Assembly: GCA_965153355.1 (NCBI GenBank)
Contig: OZ231126.1
Location: 3,720,001-3,784,000, forward strand
Length of the DNA stretch: 64,000 nt
DNA from: Flaccisagitta enflata
Taxonomy: Eukaryota
Direction: 5' to 3'
Shown here: in pieces, positions 35,857 to 49,304 of the stretch
How positions within the stretch are numbered: position 1 is the stretch's first letter
Layout of the letters: the number at the start of each line of letters is the position of its first letter
Notes under the pieces: model-generated
What the model was told of the DNA's origin: nothing
What the model saw: the letters and a program-made list of their open reading frames with translations, nothing else
Databases searched by the model: none
Translations under genes and position numbers: made by a program

Positions 35857-36793
35857 CCATGGCGTCAATAATAATGGCCGCCATGTTTAATTTGCTGCTG
35901 TGAGTTCAATTTTTGGACTAGCTTCATAATTTTTGAGATGGTGATATCACTTTGAATTTCTGACTTGGCAAAAAAAACAGAATTTGATAAAGTTAATTTA
36001 TGTGTCCGCAGCATTAATTTTTGTGAACAGTATTCTAATATAAATTGATCAATAACTTTTTATAATGATTCTTTTTAGAACTTTAAAAAATGACTTTTTT
36101 TTCATCATTGCATTTGAATTTCTAAATGATGAAGCAAGTATAAATGACATTTGACCCAGCAAAAAAATCCGAACTCAAAAAACTTAAGTTTTGTGGTCAC
36201 AGTAATGATTTTGAAACAAGGGAGTAAAATCAGTTTTTGATGAAAATTTTTTATTAACTTTATTTTTTCACAGTGAGCTCATTTTTTCAACTAGTCCACA
36301 ATTTTCTAGGTGATAATGGTTCATCAAATTTCCAACTCAACAAATAAATCAGAACTTAAAAATGTTGACTTTTGCACTATTTTTTGTCGATTTTACTGAA
36401 AATGTGCAAAATTATATCTTAAACACCTGTCGTCCCACCTCTTTAATGAAATAAGTTATTTTTTTCATGTGTGTGATAGTTTTACAATTTATTGACCTGC
36501 TGGAAAAATTAGAACTCGAAAAAGTGCATTTTTGTGCCTGTGGCATGAGTTTTTGTAAAACATTACAATAGCCAAAAAAATGCAAAAAAAAAAAGTGATT
36601 CGGCAGTTCATATTTGGATGCCTTTCACAAAAATTGATGCCACGGGTACATTTGTAGACTTTTTTGAGTTCTGATTTTTTCTCTGAGCCAGAAATATCGA
36701 GTTTTATTACCACCAAAACAATTTTGAAGCTAGTCAAAAAATTGAACTCAGGGGAGGGGTTTGAATAGGCGGCCATTTTTATTGACGCCCTGG
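35857..36793. mobile_element. Degenerate TIR element (CC..GG ends, piggyBac-like flanks) inside a GAGGCTCAAAT-repeat element
   Basis: CCATGGCGTCAATAATAATGGCCGCC / GGCGGCCATTTTTATTGACGCCCTGG; flanks CTAA/TTAT. Confidence 0.6.
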
Positions 36794-38126
36794 TTATGAA
36801 GCTTAAATATCTGCTGCAAGACTCAAATCCCAGCCACAAGACTTAAACTTAATCTCGAGGCTCAAATCCCTCCATCAAAGCTATAATTCCACCTTTGGTG
36901 CTTCAACCCAAGCCCCCATGCTCAAATTCAAGCCAATTAGAGGTCATTTGCCCTCTTCAGGGCCACTGCCCCCTCTTACTACCAGATCCTAACTCAGGAG
37001 GCGTTTTTACTTCTGGTCACAGATCATAGCGTTTTTAACGGGCCACAGATCTCTACTCCTTGTTGTGTCAGTCCATCCATTTGTCTGTCACTCTGTTGGT
37101 CCATTTTACATTTTTAGTCACTCTCTATGCAACGGCAAAGCGATGCGAATTCTGCTGAAATTCTGATTTCTGAGCATTACGGCCCCTGCCTAGGCATACT
37201 ACAGCCCCGCTCACCTACAAACTGTCCCTGCCCACATTCCTTCCCCAGCCCACTTCCAGCGACCACTGTTTGGCTGTGTATCCAGCCTTGTTTGTTTAAT
37301 TGCGAGCCGTTTTCGCATTACTGCTCCTGCCCAATCGTCCACAACGAGTATCCGGCCCTGTTTTTGCAGGGGATGAATTCTTTGAATTCAAATTTGCGAT
37401 AAATGCGGAGTCCCATCTTTTGAACAAAGGCCGGAAGCCAATGTAGCGTGCGGGTTGGCAGGGGCAGTCATGAGAAGGCAATTAAAAACAAGGTCATTAG
37501 GCCTAAGTCGCGTGCGGCAGCATTTTCAAAAAAGGTTGGACAGACAGACAGACAAAAATTTTCAAAATGACCTTTGAATCAGCGGTCTTCATCTCTAGGT
37601 GTTCAGAAATGTAAAAACACGTGAAAAAATGCTTCTGTAACAACTTTGTGACAGATGGACAGACGGACTGACCAACCGATGGACCAAAAAGTGGCTCATA
37701 GAGTCGCGAAGCAAGCAACTAAAAATATATAAGTTATATACTAAAAGATAATGTCTGTTACCAACGCGGCACAAGTGTCAAATAGTTGTAAGGATGAAAA
37801 AGCTCAGGAGTACTAAGAACAAGGCCGGATACACGACCAACACCAGCGGCGGACGGGTGGGCAGGGGCAGAAATGCGCATTTTCACTATTTCCAACTCGA
37901 TCACCACGGACCAACGGACGGACGGACGGAAAAAGCCTCTCATAGAGTTGCGTGTCCGCAACTAAAAACATTGCATAATCTCAAGCACTGCACTGGTTCC
38001 TCCGCGACAGAGGGTTCCGTCATGCAAAGGCTGCAAGATTTGTAAATTTAACTCAGTGTGTCATGTCTAACCGATCGAGCATCTTATACATGACAGAATC
38101 CAAGAATTTAAATTGCCGAATCAACG

Positions 38127-41100
38127 TAGTGCTTATCACAGAGAAATTCGCGATTTCTCTACATCGTGGCCGTCATTGTCTTTTTGTCTGTTGAACTAGT
38201 CGACCTAGGGGATATTTTCTCCTAACCTTTACTAGATGTCAGGCTATGGTTTGACACCAGGCCCGTTAACCTCAAGTCATTTTCAGCTGGCGTTGAGACT
38301 GGAATTATTGTTATGTGATATTTGTGATAAAATATCCTAACGCCGATCGTTCACTAGTTAAAAACACTTTACGTGCAAAGATTGTGCATTAAAGCTCAGA
38401 ATCCTTTCACCCTGTGGTGAGATGAGTGCAAACCAGTAGAAATCCCATTTTTCCCACTTTAAAAGGATACCACTGTAGCCCTACTAGGATATCCATTGAG
38501 ACGTCAAAATTCAAGCTGCTGACTGCTCAAACACTGTTCTTTCACCGAACCTAGTCAAATTTCTCAAATCTTGCCATTGACCCCTCCATTTAGACCTAGA
38601 AAGTTCACATATACTAACTGACAAACCTCAGACCGAGGCCAAAATCTTGCCTCACAACATTTGCAGGCCCCAAATTTTGTTTACACTACCAACAGAATGA
38701 GCACAGACAGCAATTCCATGAATTTAGAGGAATTCCACGCGGCTAAAGTAGAGCAATCTCATTTTATATCTTAAAATCGATAAAAATCAATGTTTTTTCA
38801 TACTACCAACGTCTCAGAAATGATGCTCTAGTCCATGTCCAAATCTGTTTTGGAGCGGGGTCATTTGTTTTTAAACCTCGAGAGGGAGTACCTAAGCCGT
38901 TTCAACATGATCTAAAATGTTGAGGGCAACGAATATAGGAAAAAGATCAATAAGAACTGAGAAGTAGGGAAAAGCCTTATTTTGAGGGTGGCTTTCACAC
39001 TTTAAACAGTTATGTGTAGTAAACTTTTTGTAAAAAAATGAAAAAAAATGTCATTTTTCATAATATTATTTCATTTTCTATCATAACCAAGCTTTAAATA
39101 TAAAAAAATACCTTTAAACAGCTCTTCTAAAAAAAATTTCATGTCACCTTGCCCCTTATATGAGTGCAAACCAGTAGAAATCCCATTTTTCCCACTTTAA
39201 AAGGATACCACTGTAGCCCTACTAGGATATCCATTGAGACGTCAAAATTCAAGCTGCTGACTGCTCAAACACTGTTCTTTCACTGAACCTAGTCAAATTT
39301 CTCAAATCTTGCCATTGACCCCTCCATTTAGACCTAGAAAGTTCACATATACTAACTGACAAACCTCAGACCGAGGCCAAAATCTTGCCTCACAACATTT
39401 GCAGGCCCCAAATTTTGTTTACACTACCAACAGAATGAGCACAGACAGCAATTCCATGAATTTAGAGGAATTCCACGCGGCTAAAGTAGAGCAATCTCAT
39501 TTTATATCTTAAAATCGATAAAAATCAATGTTTTTTCATACTACCGACGTCTCAGAAATGATGCTCTAGTCCATGTCCAAATCTGTTTTGGAGCGGGGTC
39601 ATTTGTTTTTAAACCTCGAGAGGGAGTACCTCAGCCGTTTCAACATGATCTAAAATGTTGAGGGCAACGAATATAGGAAAAAGATCAATAAGAACTGAGA
39701 AGTAGGGAAAAGCCTTATTTTGAGGGTGGCTTTCACACAGATGTGTTGTGATGTATAGGTTAGGACTTTTCTTTGATTGCTTAGGTGTTGGAGCACCCAC
39801 CGAAGATGTGTTGTGATTTTGAGGATTTTCATGAATTTAGCTAAAAAAGAGTGTAAGAGGGTAGGAACTTGTGTAATTTGACTGTTTCTTAGAAAAAATG
39901 ATGCTATTGGGAGTCTATGAAACAATCATTTCAGTAGTAGTCCAATAACTAGTGGAGATTTGAAGCTAAAATCAACTAAGTATGAAAAACACCCATAAGT
40001 AGGGTGGTTCACTCCTTAAAGGGAAAAGGTCATGAGTAATTTTTTTTCAAAAATTAGGTTTTTAAGGTAGGATATGATATTTTAGATTGCTCTGAATACT
40101 CCCAAGTGGTTTTCAAGTACTTTGATAAAAAAATTGAGTCAAAAAACATTAAAAACACGCAAAACGCAAGTATGCCACACAGAAAAACTTGCCGTTTTTA
40201 ATATTTTTGCTGATTTTTTTCAATATTTTTTGACTGAATATGGATTTGAATGCTGTTTTTAAGTTCACTAGGTCCTACTGGACAGGTAAATTCAATCAAA
40301 ATTTTTTTTTGTTTCGGGTCCATCTGTTTAAAGGGAAAAGGTCATGAGTAATTTTTTTTCAAAAATTAGGTTTTTAAGGTAGGATATGATATTTTAGATT
40401 GCTCTGAATACTCCCAAGTGGTTTTCAAGTACTTTGATAAAAAAATTGAGTCAAAAAACATTAAAAACACGCAAAACGCAAGTATGCCACACAGAAAAAC
40501 TTGCCGTTTTTAATATTTTTGCTGATTTTTTTTCAATATTTTTTGACTGAATATGGATTTGAATGCTGTTTTTAAGTTCACTAGGTCCTACTGGACAGGT
40601 AAATTCAATCAAAATTTTTTTTTGTTTTGGGTCCATCTGTTTAAAGAGTGCTTATCACAGAGAAATTCGCGATTTCTCTACATCGTGGCCGTCATTGTCT
40701 TTTTGTCTGTTGAACTGGTAGTCGACCTAGGGGATATTTTCTCCTAACCTTTACTAGATGTCAGGCTATGGTTTGACACCAGGCCCGTTAACCTCAAGTC
40801 ATTTTCAGCTGGCGTTGAGACTGGAATTATTGTTATGTGATATTTGTGATAAAATATCCTAACGCCGATCGTTCACTAGTTAAAAACACTTTACGTGCAA
40901 AGATTGTGCATTAAAGCTCAGAATCCTTTCACCCTGTGGTGAGATGTGTTGTGATGTATAGGTTAGGACTTTTCTTTGATTGCTTAGGCGTTGGAGCACC
41001 CACCGAAGATGTGTTGTGATTTTGAGGATTTTCATGAATTTAGCTAAAAAAGAGTGTAAGAGGGTAGGAACTTGTGTAATTTGACTGTTTCTTAGAAAAA

Positions 41101-42107
41101 ATGATGCTATTGGGAGTCTATGAAACAATCATTTCAGTAGTAGTCCAATAACTAGTGGAGATTTGAAGCTAAAATCAACTAAGTATGAAAAACACCCATA
41201 AGTAGGGTGGTTCACTCCTTAAAGGGAAAAGGTCATGAGTAATTTTTTTTCAAAAATTAGGTTTTTAAGGTAGGATATGATATTTTAGATTGCTCTGAAT
41301 ACTCCCAAGTGGTTTTCAAGTACTTTGATAAAAAATTGAGTCAAAAAACATTAAAAACACGCAAAACGCAAGTATGCCACACAGAAAAACTTGCCGTTTT
41401 TAATATTTTTGCTGATTTTTTTTCAATATTTTTTGACTGAATATGGATTTGAATGCTGTTTTTAAGTTCACTAGGTCCTACTGGACAGGTAAATTCAATC
41501 AAAATTTTTTTTTGTTTCGGGTCCATCTGTTTAAAGAGTGCTTATCACAGAGAAATTCGCGATTTCTCTACATCGTGGCCGTCATTGTCTTTTTGTCTGT
41601 TGAACTGGTAGTCGACCTAGGGGATATTTTCTCCTAACCTTTACTAGATGTCAGGCTATGGTTTGACACCAGGCCCGTTAACCTCAAGTCATTTTCAGCT
41701 GGCGTTGAGACTGGAATTATTGTTATGTGATATTTGTGATAAAATATCCTAACGCCGATCGTTCACTAGTTAAAAACACTTTACGTGCAAAGATTGTGCA
41801 TTAAAGCTCAGAATCCTTTCACCCTGTGGTGAGATGTGTTGTGATGTATAGGTTAGGACTTTTCTTTGATTGCTTAGGTGTTGGAGCACCCACCGAAGAT
41901 GTGTTGTGATTTTGAGGATTTTCATGAATTTAGCTAAAAAAGAGTGTAAGAGGGTAGGAACTTGTGTAATTTGACTGTTTCTTAGAAAAAATGATGCTAT
42001 TGGGAGTCTATGAAACAATCATTTCAGTAGTAGTCCAATAACTAGTGGAGATTTGAAGCTAAAATCAACTAAGTATGAAAAACACCCATAAGTAGGGTGG
42101 TTCACTC
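38127..42107. repeat. Modular tandem array of two alternating repeat modules (period 890 bp) containing a composite insertion
   Basis: Module GAGTGCTTATCAC...GGTTCACTC (3 copies) alternates with module TTAAAGGGAAAAGG...CTGTTTAA (3 copies); starts at 40646 and 41536 give the 890-bp period. Confidence 0.9.
38424..39738. mobile_element. Composite insertion: two 577-bp direct repeats around a 161-bp spacer, 4-bp TSD
   Basis: Repeats 38424-39000 and 39162-39738; AGAT duplicated; empty sites CCTGTGGTGAGATGTGTTGTG at ~40935 and ~41825. Confidence 0.85.
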
Positions 42108-42844
42108 TTACACTGATTTAGGTTGAAAAAATCATAAACCAATTCCATAGAAACTCAAAACGGAAGCATTTTATAGATCAAAATAACATAAAATGACTAG
42201 AGATTGATTCATTGGAACATTCATTTCATTAAGTAAGTGATAAGAGCAACTTTTCTACAGCTGTCCGTACATTTTCTAGATAGTGAAAATGCTTTAGAAT
42301 AAGCCATTGCGCGACTTTCAAATCAATTGGGAACCATCGTTAGGGTGTCTTTGAAGTTTCTGTAGATACGTATGAGAGAGGAAATATGCATCATGAATAT
42401 ATAGAATGCAAACTTTGACCTCACCCTAAAAATGGTCCCTTGTCGAATTTAGAGTTCTGCAATGGCTCATTGGAAAGAATTTTTGTAAAGGAACAAGGCC
42501 ATCGCGTTACAAGTCGCGTGCGGTCTTGAAGACTAAAAGACCTAAAAACCAAAAGATAAAATTTAAATTTACTTAAATTTACTTAAAAAGACTTAAAAAG
42601 GCGTAAAACGACAAAAAAAGCAAAATGTGACAGACCGACCGACAGACGGACAGAGCGGGTCATAGAGTCGCGTGCACGCGACTAAAAATATTTTTGCGGG
42701 GGGAAGATCAATTTCGGCATTTTTAGGCACTCTTACAAACGTAGTAGGTATTGGACACAAAAAGGGCGATCTGCGGTTTCACAAGAGTACAGAATTGTAA
42801 TTGACAGAATTAGACACATGTAGTAAAATCGCGCTCAACACAGA

Positions 42845-44009
42845 TTATTTCAAAAGAGTTACCTTATCATCCGCGTCGATGGGTTGTGACGTCACGACTT
42901 CCTCCACTTCGTCGTCGTTCAACTCTTCCGCCGATCTCTCGTCAGCTTCTTCTTCAAATCTGTCTGGCCTACAACGTCCGCAGCAAAAGTTGCAACAACA
43001 GCAGAAACCGCAGCAGCAGCAATAACAGCACGTCAGCACGCCGCAGAGGAAGAAGAGGAGAACGGCGAAGGGGTTCTGGAATCGGTAGTAATATCTGGCG
43101 GGGCCTTCGCCGTAAGTCTCCGCCATGTATATGCCCTCGCTGCCGTGTCGATCGTATATGTCACGTCTGAGATCAATTTAAGCCGATGGTGGGGGGGATG
43201 TACGAGGAAGCTGGCTAGAGGCTCAAGGAGACGTCACCATCTTGAGGGGGTTCACGAGTACTAGTTTATCACCCAAAATAACCCTTGTACTTATAACGGA
43301 AATACGCCGAGAATGCCGAGAATCATTAGATATTTATGTCAATACAGATGAACCACGCTCTAGCGAACCTGCTTCTTACGAATATCCGCCTATAGCAAAT
43401 GCCTTTTCTTTATCCCTTCAATCTGGTTTTTTCCTCCACTTTGTCAGTCTGTCCATCTGTTGGTCCAATGATCCGTTACAATTTATTTTTCTTTGGTTTT
43501 TGCAGTCTTTGGCCTCACTGCTCCTGCCCAAATAATTAAGTGACCTCAAATATGGCCCCTGCCCACCCTCACGCAACTGGAATAGCCATGTATTCAACCT
43601 TGTTTCCTCTTAACAATTACAGCATTCCACCCTTGACAGATGAAATTCTGTAGTCCCTTGAAATCCGTTGCAGCGGGATTTAACTGTAATTTGAACTGAA
43701 AATTAACAGTTGCTAAGCCTCAACAGCAAACCCATCAAGATATATATTATATAAGCCCTGCAGCGCCCTTTCCCTTCCCCGTACATCCCTAGTGGAAGTG
43801 AGTATATAATACGCTCGTCCTATTTCTCTGAATCTGTCTCCTGCCGTCGGGTCGTCGGGGTTTTTATCGGGATGATGCCTCAACGCCGCCTTTCGATAAG
43901 CTCGTCGGATTTCGTCGTGGGTGGCTTCTCGAGCGACGCCCAACAGCACGTACATCGACTCTCCGCTGGAGGACAACTTCCGGTCGCGCGGACCGGCGTT
44001 GGGATTCAT
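42845..44009 (-). CDS. DNAJC5: Cysteine string protein (DnaJ homolog subfamily C member 5)
   Basis: Exon from 44009: RKLSSSGESMYVLLG...HHPDKNPDDP (J domain); exon from 43166: RDIYDRHGSEGIYMAE..CCYCCCCGFCCCCNFCCGRCRP (cysteine string). The donor of the intervening intron is ambiguous. The 3' end either reads to the stop at 42845 or splices at 42862. Confidence 0.9.
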
Positions 44010-45189
44010 GTTGTTGTTGTTGTTGTTGTTGCGAAGGATGTTTTTTTAATGCGCAAGGTAAGTCGCACAACCTGTAATAGGGCCCAGGACGGCCCTTGCT
44101 AAAGTAATCACGATCACGACTACAATTTTCGGCAAACGGTCATCTCAGATATGGCCACTCTTTTAAGTTGCGTTTGTCACTCTGTGCTGCAGGCGCCTGC
44201 AGCCTACTGCAGTCTATTGCTCAAGCGATGAGACCGTTATTCCGATTCATATCTAATCTCATTTTTAGTATTGGTTCTCTTTCTCAACTTAATCTAGAGT
44301 CTGTTTTCCCGAATGGGCATAAATTTACGTCATTAGTTACGAACTTCTCTTAGGCCAAAGTCCCGACATTTTGTACATTCAACTATCTTACTATTGCCTC
44401 ACTCATAACCATACAAAGTATAGAATTAGCAATGTGAAAGTAAAATGATATCGCCGGTAAAATGTTCCAGATTATGTAAATTGGTAAATTTTCAAAATCA
44501 TAATTATGCAGCATTCAAAGTGCAACAATAAGAGAAGACTAAATCACGATCATCGAGACAACAGTTTCATATGTGCTTTATGCAGTTCAGCATCTTTGAA
44601 AGCAATGCCAAGTAAGGCAAAAACGGGGCTGGTGCTGATTGTTCAGAGCCATTCCTACTTCAATCTAGTTTTACAATCGACGTTGTCAGAACAACAACAA
44701 CAACACCCAATCGCCTTGAGTATTAGTCCGTTTTGGAATAACATTCCGTTAAGGACAAAAACACAGAACAGACAGCTTTCTTTTTTTTTTCTATTTTTCT
44801 TTTGTTTTTAGATGCGTGCTTGCAAACTGTTCGCATCTCCATACGAGTCACTGTTGGCTGGTCGGGCGGTCCATTGGTTAATCTGTCAAACTGAAATCTT
44901 TTGTTCATTCATATGATCATTCCTTCACAAATAATAACTCATATAAATTTTTAGTCGCCGACACGTGACTCTTTAAGCCACTTTTCAATCGGTCCATCGG
45001 TCGAGAACTAAGTCACTTTGAGGTTTTCTGCTCCTGCCCACCTGTCCGCGACTAATGCTGCCATATACACAACCTTGTTTTTTTCATAAAGGGTGCGTCG
45101 TTGGCCTACTTGGCCTTGTTAATGTTAAGACTTGGCCTTGTTAATGTTAAGATTTTTAACCTAGTTTCAAAACCATGCGTAGAAATATG

Positions 45190-46112
45190 TTTCCGGAAGT
45201 GGATTGGAAGCCAACCTTGGTTGGGGGCCGAAAATGGATTGGAGGCAAACCTTGGGTGGGGCCAGAAGAGGGTTGGAAGCCTACCATGGTTGGGGGCTGA
45301 AAGTGATTCAGAGGCCAACCTTGGTTGGGGCAGGGGTGGGTTGAAAGTCAACCTTGGTTGGGGGCCAAAAAAGGATCCATGGCTAACCTTGAATGGGGCC
45401 AGAAGTGGGTTGGAAGCCAACCTTAGATGGGGACCAAAAGAGGATTGGAGGCCAACCTTGGTTGGGGGCAGAGGTGGGTTGAAAGTCAACCTTGGTTGGG
45501 GGCCAAAAAAGGATCCGAGGCTAACCTTGAATGGGGCCAGAAGTGGGTTAAAAGCCAACCTTAGATGGGGACCGAAAGAGGATTGGAGACCAACCTTGGT
45601 TGGGGGCAGGGGTGGGTTGAAAGTCAACCTTGGTTGGGGGCCAAAAAAGGATCCGAGGCTAACCTTGAATGGGGCCAGAAGTGGGTTGGAAGCCAACCTT
45701 AGATGGGGACCGAAAGAGGATTGGAGGCCAACCTTGGTTGGGGGCAGGGGTGGGTTGAAGGTCAGCCTTGGTTGGGGGCCAAAAAAGGATCCATGGCTAA
45801 CCTTGAATGGGGCCAGAAGTGGGTTGGATGCCAACCTTAGATGGGGACCAATAGAGGATTGGAGGCCAACCTTGGTTGGGGGCAGAGGTGGGTTGAAAGT
45901 CAACCTTGGTTGGGGGCCAAAAAAGGATCCGAGGCTAACCTTGAATGGGGCCAGAAGTGGGTTAAAAGCCAACCTTAGATGGGGACCGAAAGAGGATTGG
46001 AGACCAACCTTGGTTGGGGGCAGAGGTGGGTTGAAAGTCAACCTTGGTTGGGGGCCAAAAAAGGATCCGAGGCTAACCTTGAATGGGGCCAGAAGTGGGT
46101 TGGAAGCCAACC
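45190..46112. repeat. 138-bp higher-order satellite of ~35-bp CCAACCTTGGTTGG subunits, left part
   Basis: GGATCC at 45373, 45511, 45649 (period 138). Confidence 0.92.
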
Positions 46113-46269
46113 CACACTGTTTTTCAGGGGGGTCATAAAAGTTGTGAACCTCAAATTTTCAAACACTGTCTAGCAATGAGCGGTTTTTTTCTAGGGAAAG
46201 TAGACATTAATTGAGCCTGGAGAACAGTTTTATTTTTTCACCATTACTAATAAATTCATAGCTAATGAT

Positions 46270-49200
46270 CAGACTGGGCCGTAGGACCCTTATGGAGGCA
46301 GATCGACTACCAACAGCAGGGGCTGGCTTCATTCATCATAACAACAAGATTTGCCAAGTTTCATGACCATATGATCGATTTTACTCATGGCCGCCACCCC
46401 CCCTAAAATCCCAGCATGAGGGTTGTTGTGGTAAAAGTTCCAACTTTGGGTCACTTTGGCCTCAAAATTAGGCGCCTTCGAATTCAAATTTTGACCTAAA
46501 ATCCATGAGATTATAATACTAGGGCTCAAGAGCTAGCTAGTGGTGCAATCCGCATGTTTTTATCTTAATTTGTTGAGATTTGAGAGCATTCCAAAGATGA
46601 AAGGGTATGAGGGTCAAATTGCAGCTTGTTTTCTGTGGCAATTTTGACATTTTTCACAGATTTGAACATATTTTGGCTTTGGATGGACCAATCTGCATGA
46701 AATTGGTGATCAAATTGAAGAGTTTTGCTGCTCTAGTTGATGGTAAAAAAATTTTTGATGCATTTTGCCCTCAATTTTTTTTATTGACTGTAAAAGCAGG
46801 TGTAAAAAAGTCGATTTTCTTGAAAATTGAGCATTTTTGGACAAAGAATTAGACCACTTCCATTTTTTAAAAAGACTTAAAATCCATGAGCAAAATAAAG
46901 AGCTGCTCAAGAGCTAACTAGTGATGCAATCGGCATGTCAATATGTTTTTGCATTTAGATTTTACAGAACTTAAAAGATCAAAGGGTATGTCAAAATGAC
47001 CATTTATGGTCACTTTGGCCGTTTTGGCCTCAATTTGGGTTCACTTTGCCGCAGAAATCGATAGAAAAATCTGTGAGATTATAAAACTAGAGCTCAAGAG
47101 CTAACCAGTGGTGCAATCCGCATGTTGCTATCATTTTTCATTTAAGTTTGAGAGCATTTCAAAGATGGAAGGGTATGAGGGTTATTTTACTGGATAAACT
47201 TGACAATTCTTACATTTTTTGATATATCTCGGCTTTGGATGGACAAATATGGATAAAATTGGTGACCAAATTGAAGATTTTTAGTTGCGTGCTACGCGAC
47301 TCTACACCCCTCTTTGTCGGTCCGTCCGTTGGTTGGTCCATTGGTCGGTCGGTCCATCCATCACACTTTACTTTTTTTGGGTTATTGGGTTTTTTGGCTT
47401 CACTGCTCCTGCCCAAATGATCTAGTGACCACAATTACGGCCCCTGCCCACCCGCACGCGACTGGGGTAGCCGTGTATCCGGCCTTGTTTGATGCTCTAA
47501 CTGATTCTTGTAAAATTTTTGATCGATATGACCCTCAAAATGTTTTGGAGACTGTAGAAGCAGGCGCTAAAAAGAGTATTTTTTTGCCCATTTGGTTACT
47601 TTTGTCACAAAATTTTGGTGCTTCCGAGTTAGAAAAAGACAAGAAATTCATGAGCAAATCAAAATACAGATCAAAAGCTAACCAGTGGTGCAATCGGCAT
47701 CTCAATATGTTGAAGCATATAGAGCTTCGAAGAACAGTGGGTATGATAAAATGAAAGTTTTGCTAATTTTTGTCATTTTGGGCTCATCTGTCCATCCACT
47801 TATTTATAGTCACTTTTCAAATAGGAAAGGACTGTTTTATTTGATCCTAAAATTTGAAAAAATCGCACTAATTTCTTTTTTTTTTTTAAATTTTGAGAGC
47901 CTCTATACACTTTTGGGCGACATATTGATCCAAACTTTTCCTACAATCATCTAGAGTATCAAAAACTCTTTATTTTGGTCACCAGTTTTGTGACAATTGG
48001 TCCATCCAAAGCAAATTTACAATGAGCAATGTGTAAACTGACAAAATTACTGTGACAAAATGTACCTCAAAATACATCATATTCCCTTATCCTTAAAATG
48101 CTCTCTTTTGGTCATGGATTTTAGGTCAATTATTGAATTGGAAGTAGCCAAATTTGTTGTCCAAAATTGCCCAATTTACAAAAAAAAAAACCACTTTTTG
48201 CATCTGCTTCCATGGTCATTAAAAAAAATTAGGGGGCATATCGATCAAAAAATCTTTTACAATCTGCTAGAGCAGCAAAAACCCTTCAGTTTGGTCATCA
48301 ATTTCATGCAGATTGGTTCATCCAAAGCCGAGAAATATTGAAATTAGTCAAAAGTGTCATAATCGCCATTGAAATTTAAGCTGCGATTTGACCTTCCTAC
48401 CCTTTCATCTTTGAAATGCCCTAAAATCTCAACAAATTAAGATAAAAATATGCGGATTGCACCACTGGTTATCTCTTGAGCTCTAGTTTTATAATCTCAC
48501 AGATTTTTTTATCGATTTCTACAGCATAGTGACCCCATATTGTGGCCAAAACGGCCAAAGTGACCATAAATGGTCATTTTGACATACCCTTTGATTTTTA
48601 AAGTTCTGTAAAATCTAAATGCAAAAACATATTGACATGCCAATTGCACCACTAGTTAGATCTTGAGCAGTTCTTTATTTTGCTCATGGATTTTAAGTCT
48701 ATTCTAAAAATGGAAGTGGTCTAATTTTTTGTCCAAAATTGCTCAATTTTCAAGAAAATCGACTTTTTTACACCTGCTTTTACAGTCAATAAAAGAAATT
48801 GAGGGCAAAATCGATCCAAAATTTTTTTACCATCAGCTAGAGCAGCAAAAACTCTTCAATTTGATCACCAATTTCATGCAGATTGGTCCATCCAAAGCCA
48901 AAATATGTTCAAATCTGTGAAAAATGTCAAAATTGCCACTGAAAATAGGATGCAATTTGACCCTCATACCCTTTCATCTTTGAAATGCTCTTAAATCTCA
49001 ACAAATTAAGATAAAAACATGCGGATTGCACCACTAGTTAGCTCTTGAGCTCCAGTTTTATAATCTCATGGATTTTAGGTCAAAATTTAAATTCGAAAGG
49101 GCCTAATTTTGAGGCCAAAGTGACCTAAAGTTGGAATTTTTACCACAATTACCCTCATGCTGGGATTTTAGGGGGGGTGGCGGCCAAGAGTAAAATCGAT

Positions 49201-49304
49201 CATATGGTCATGAAACTTGGCAAATCTTGTTGTTATGATGAATGAAGCCAGTCCCTGCTGTTGGTAGCCAATCTGCCTTCATAAGGGTCCTACCGCCCAG
49301 TCTG
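46270..49304. mobile_element. 3.0-kb hAT-like foldback element with very long inverted arms
   Basis: CAGACTGGGCCGTAGGACCCTTATG...CATAAGGGTCCTACCGCCCAGTCTG; 8-bp TSD CTAATGAT; arms complementary for roughly 900 bp. Confidence 0.9.
47278..47490 (+). mobile_element. DINE-1/HINE-like short element (relatives 31394-31539, 37817-37968, 42496-42688, 44947-45080, 49920-50106, 56335-56712, 60026-60177, 63303-63497)
   Basis: TTTTAGT(C/T)GCGTGC..CGCGACT hairpin end, (GTCC/GGTC)n core, CCCTGCCCACC...GTATCCGGCCTTGTT end. Confidence 0.75.
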
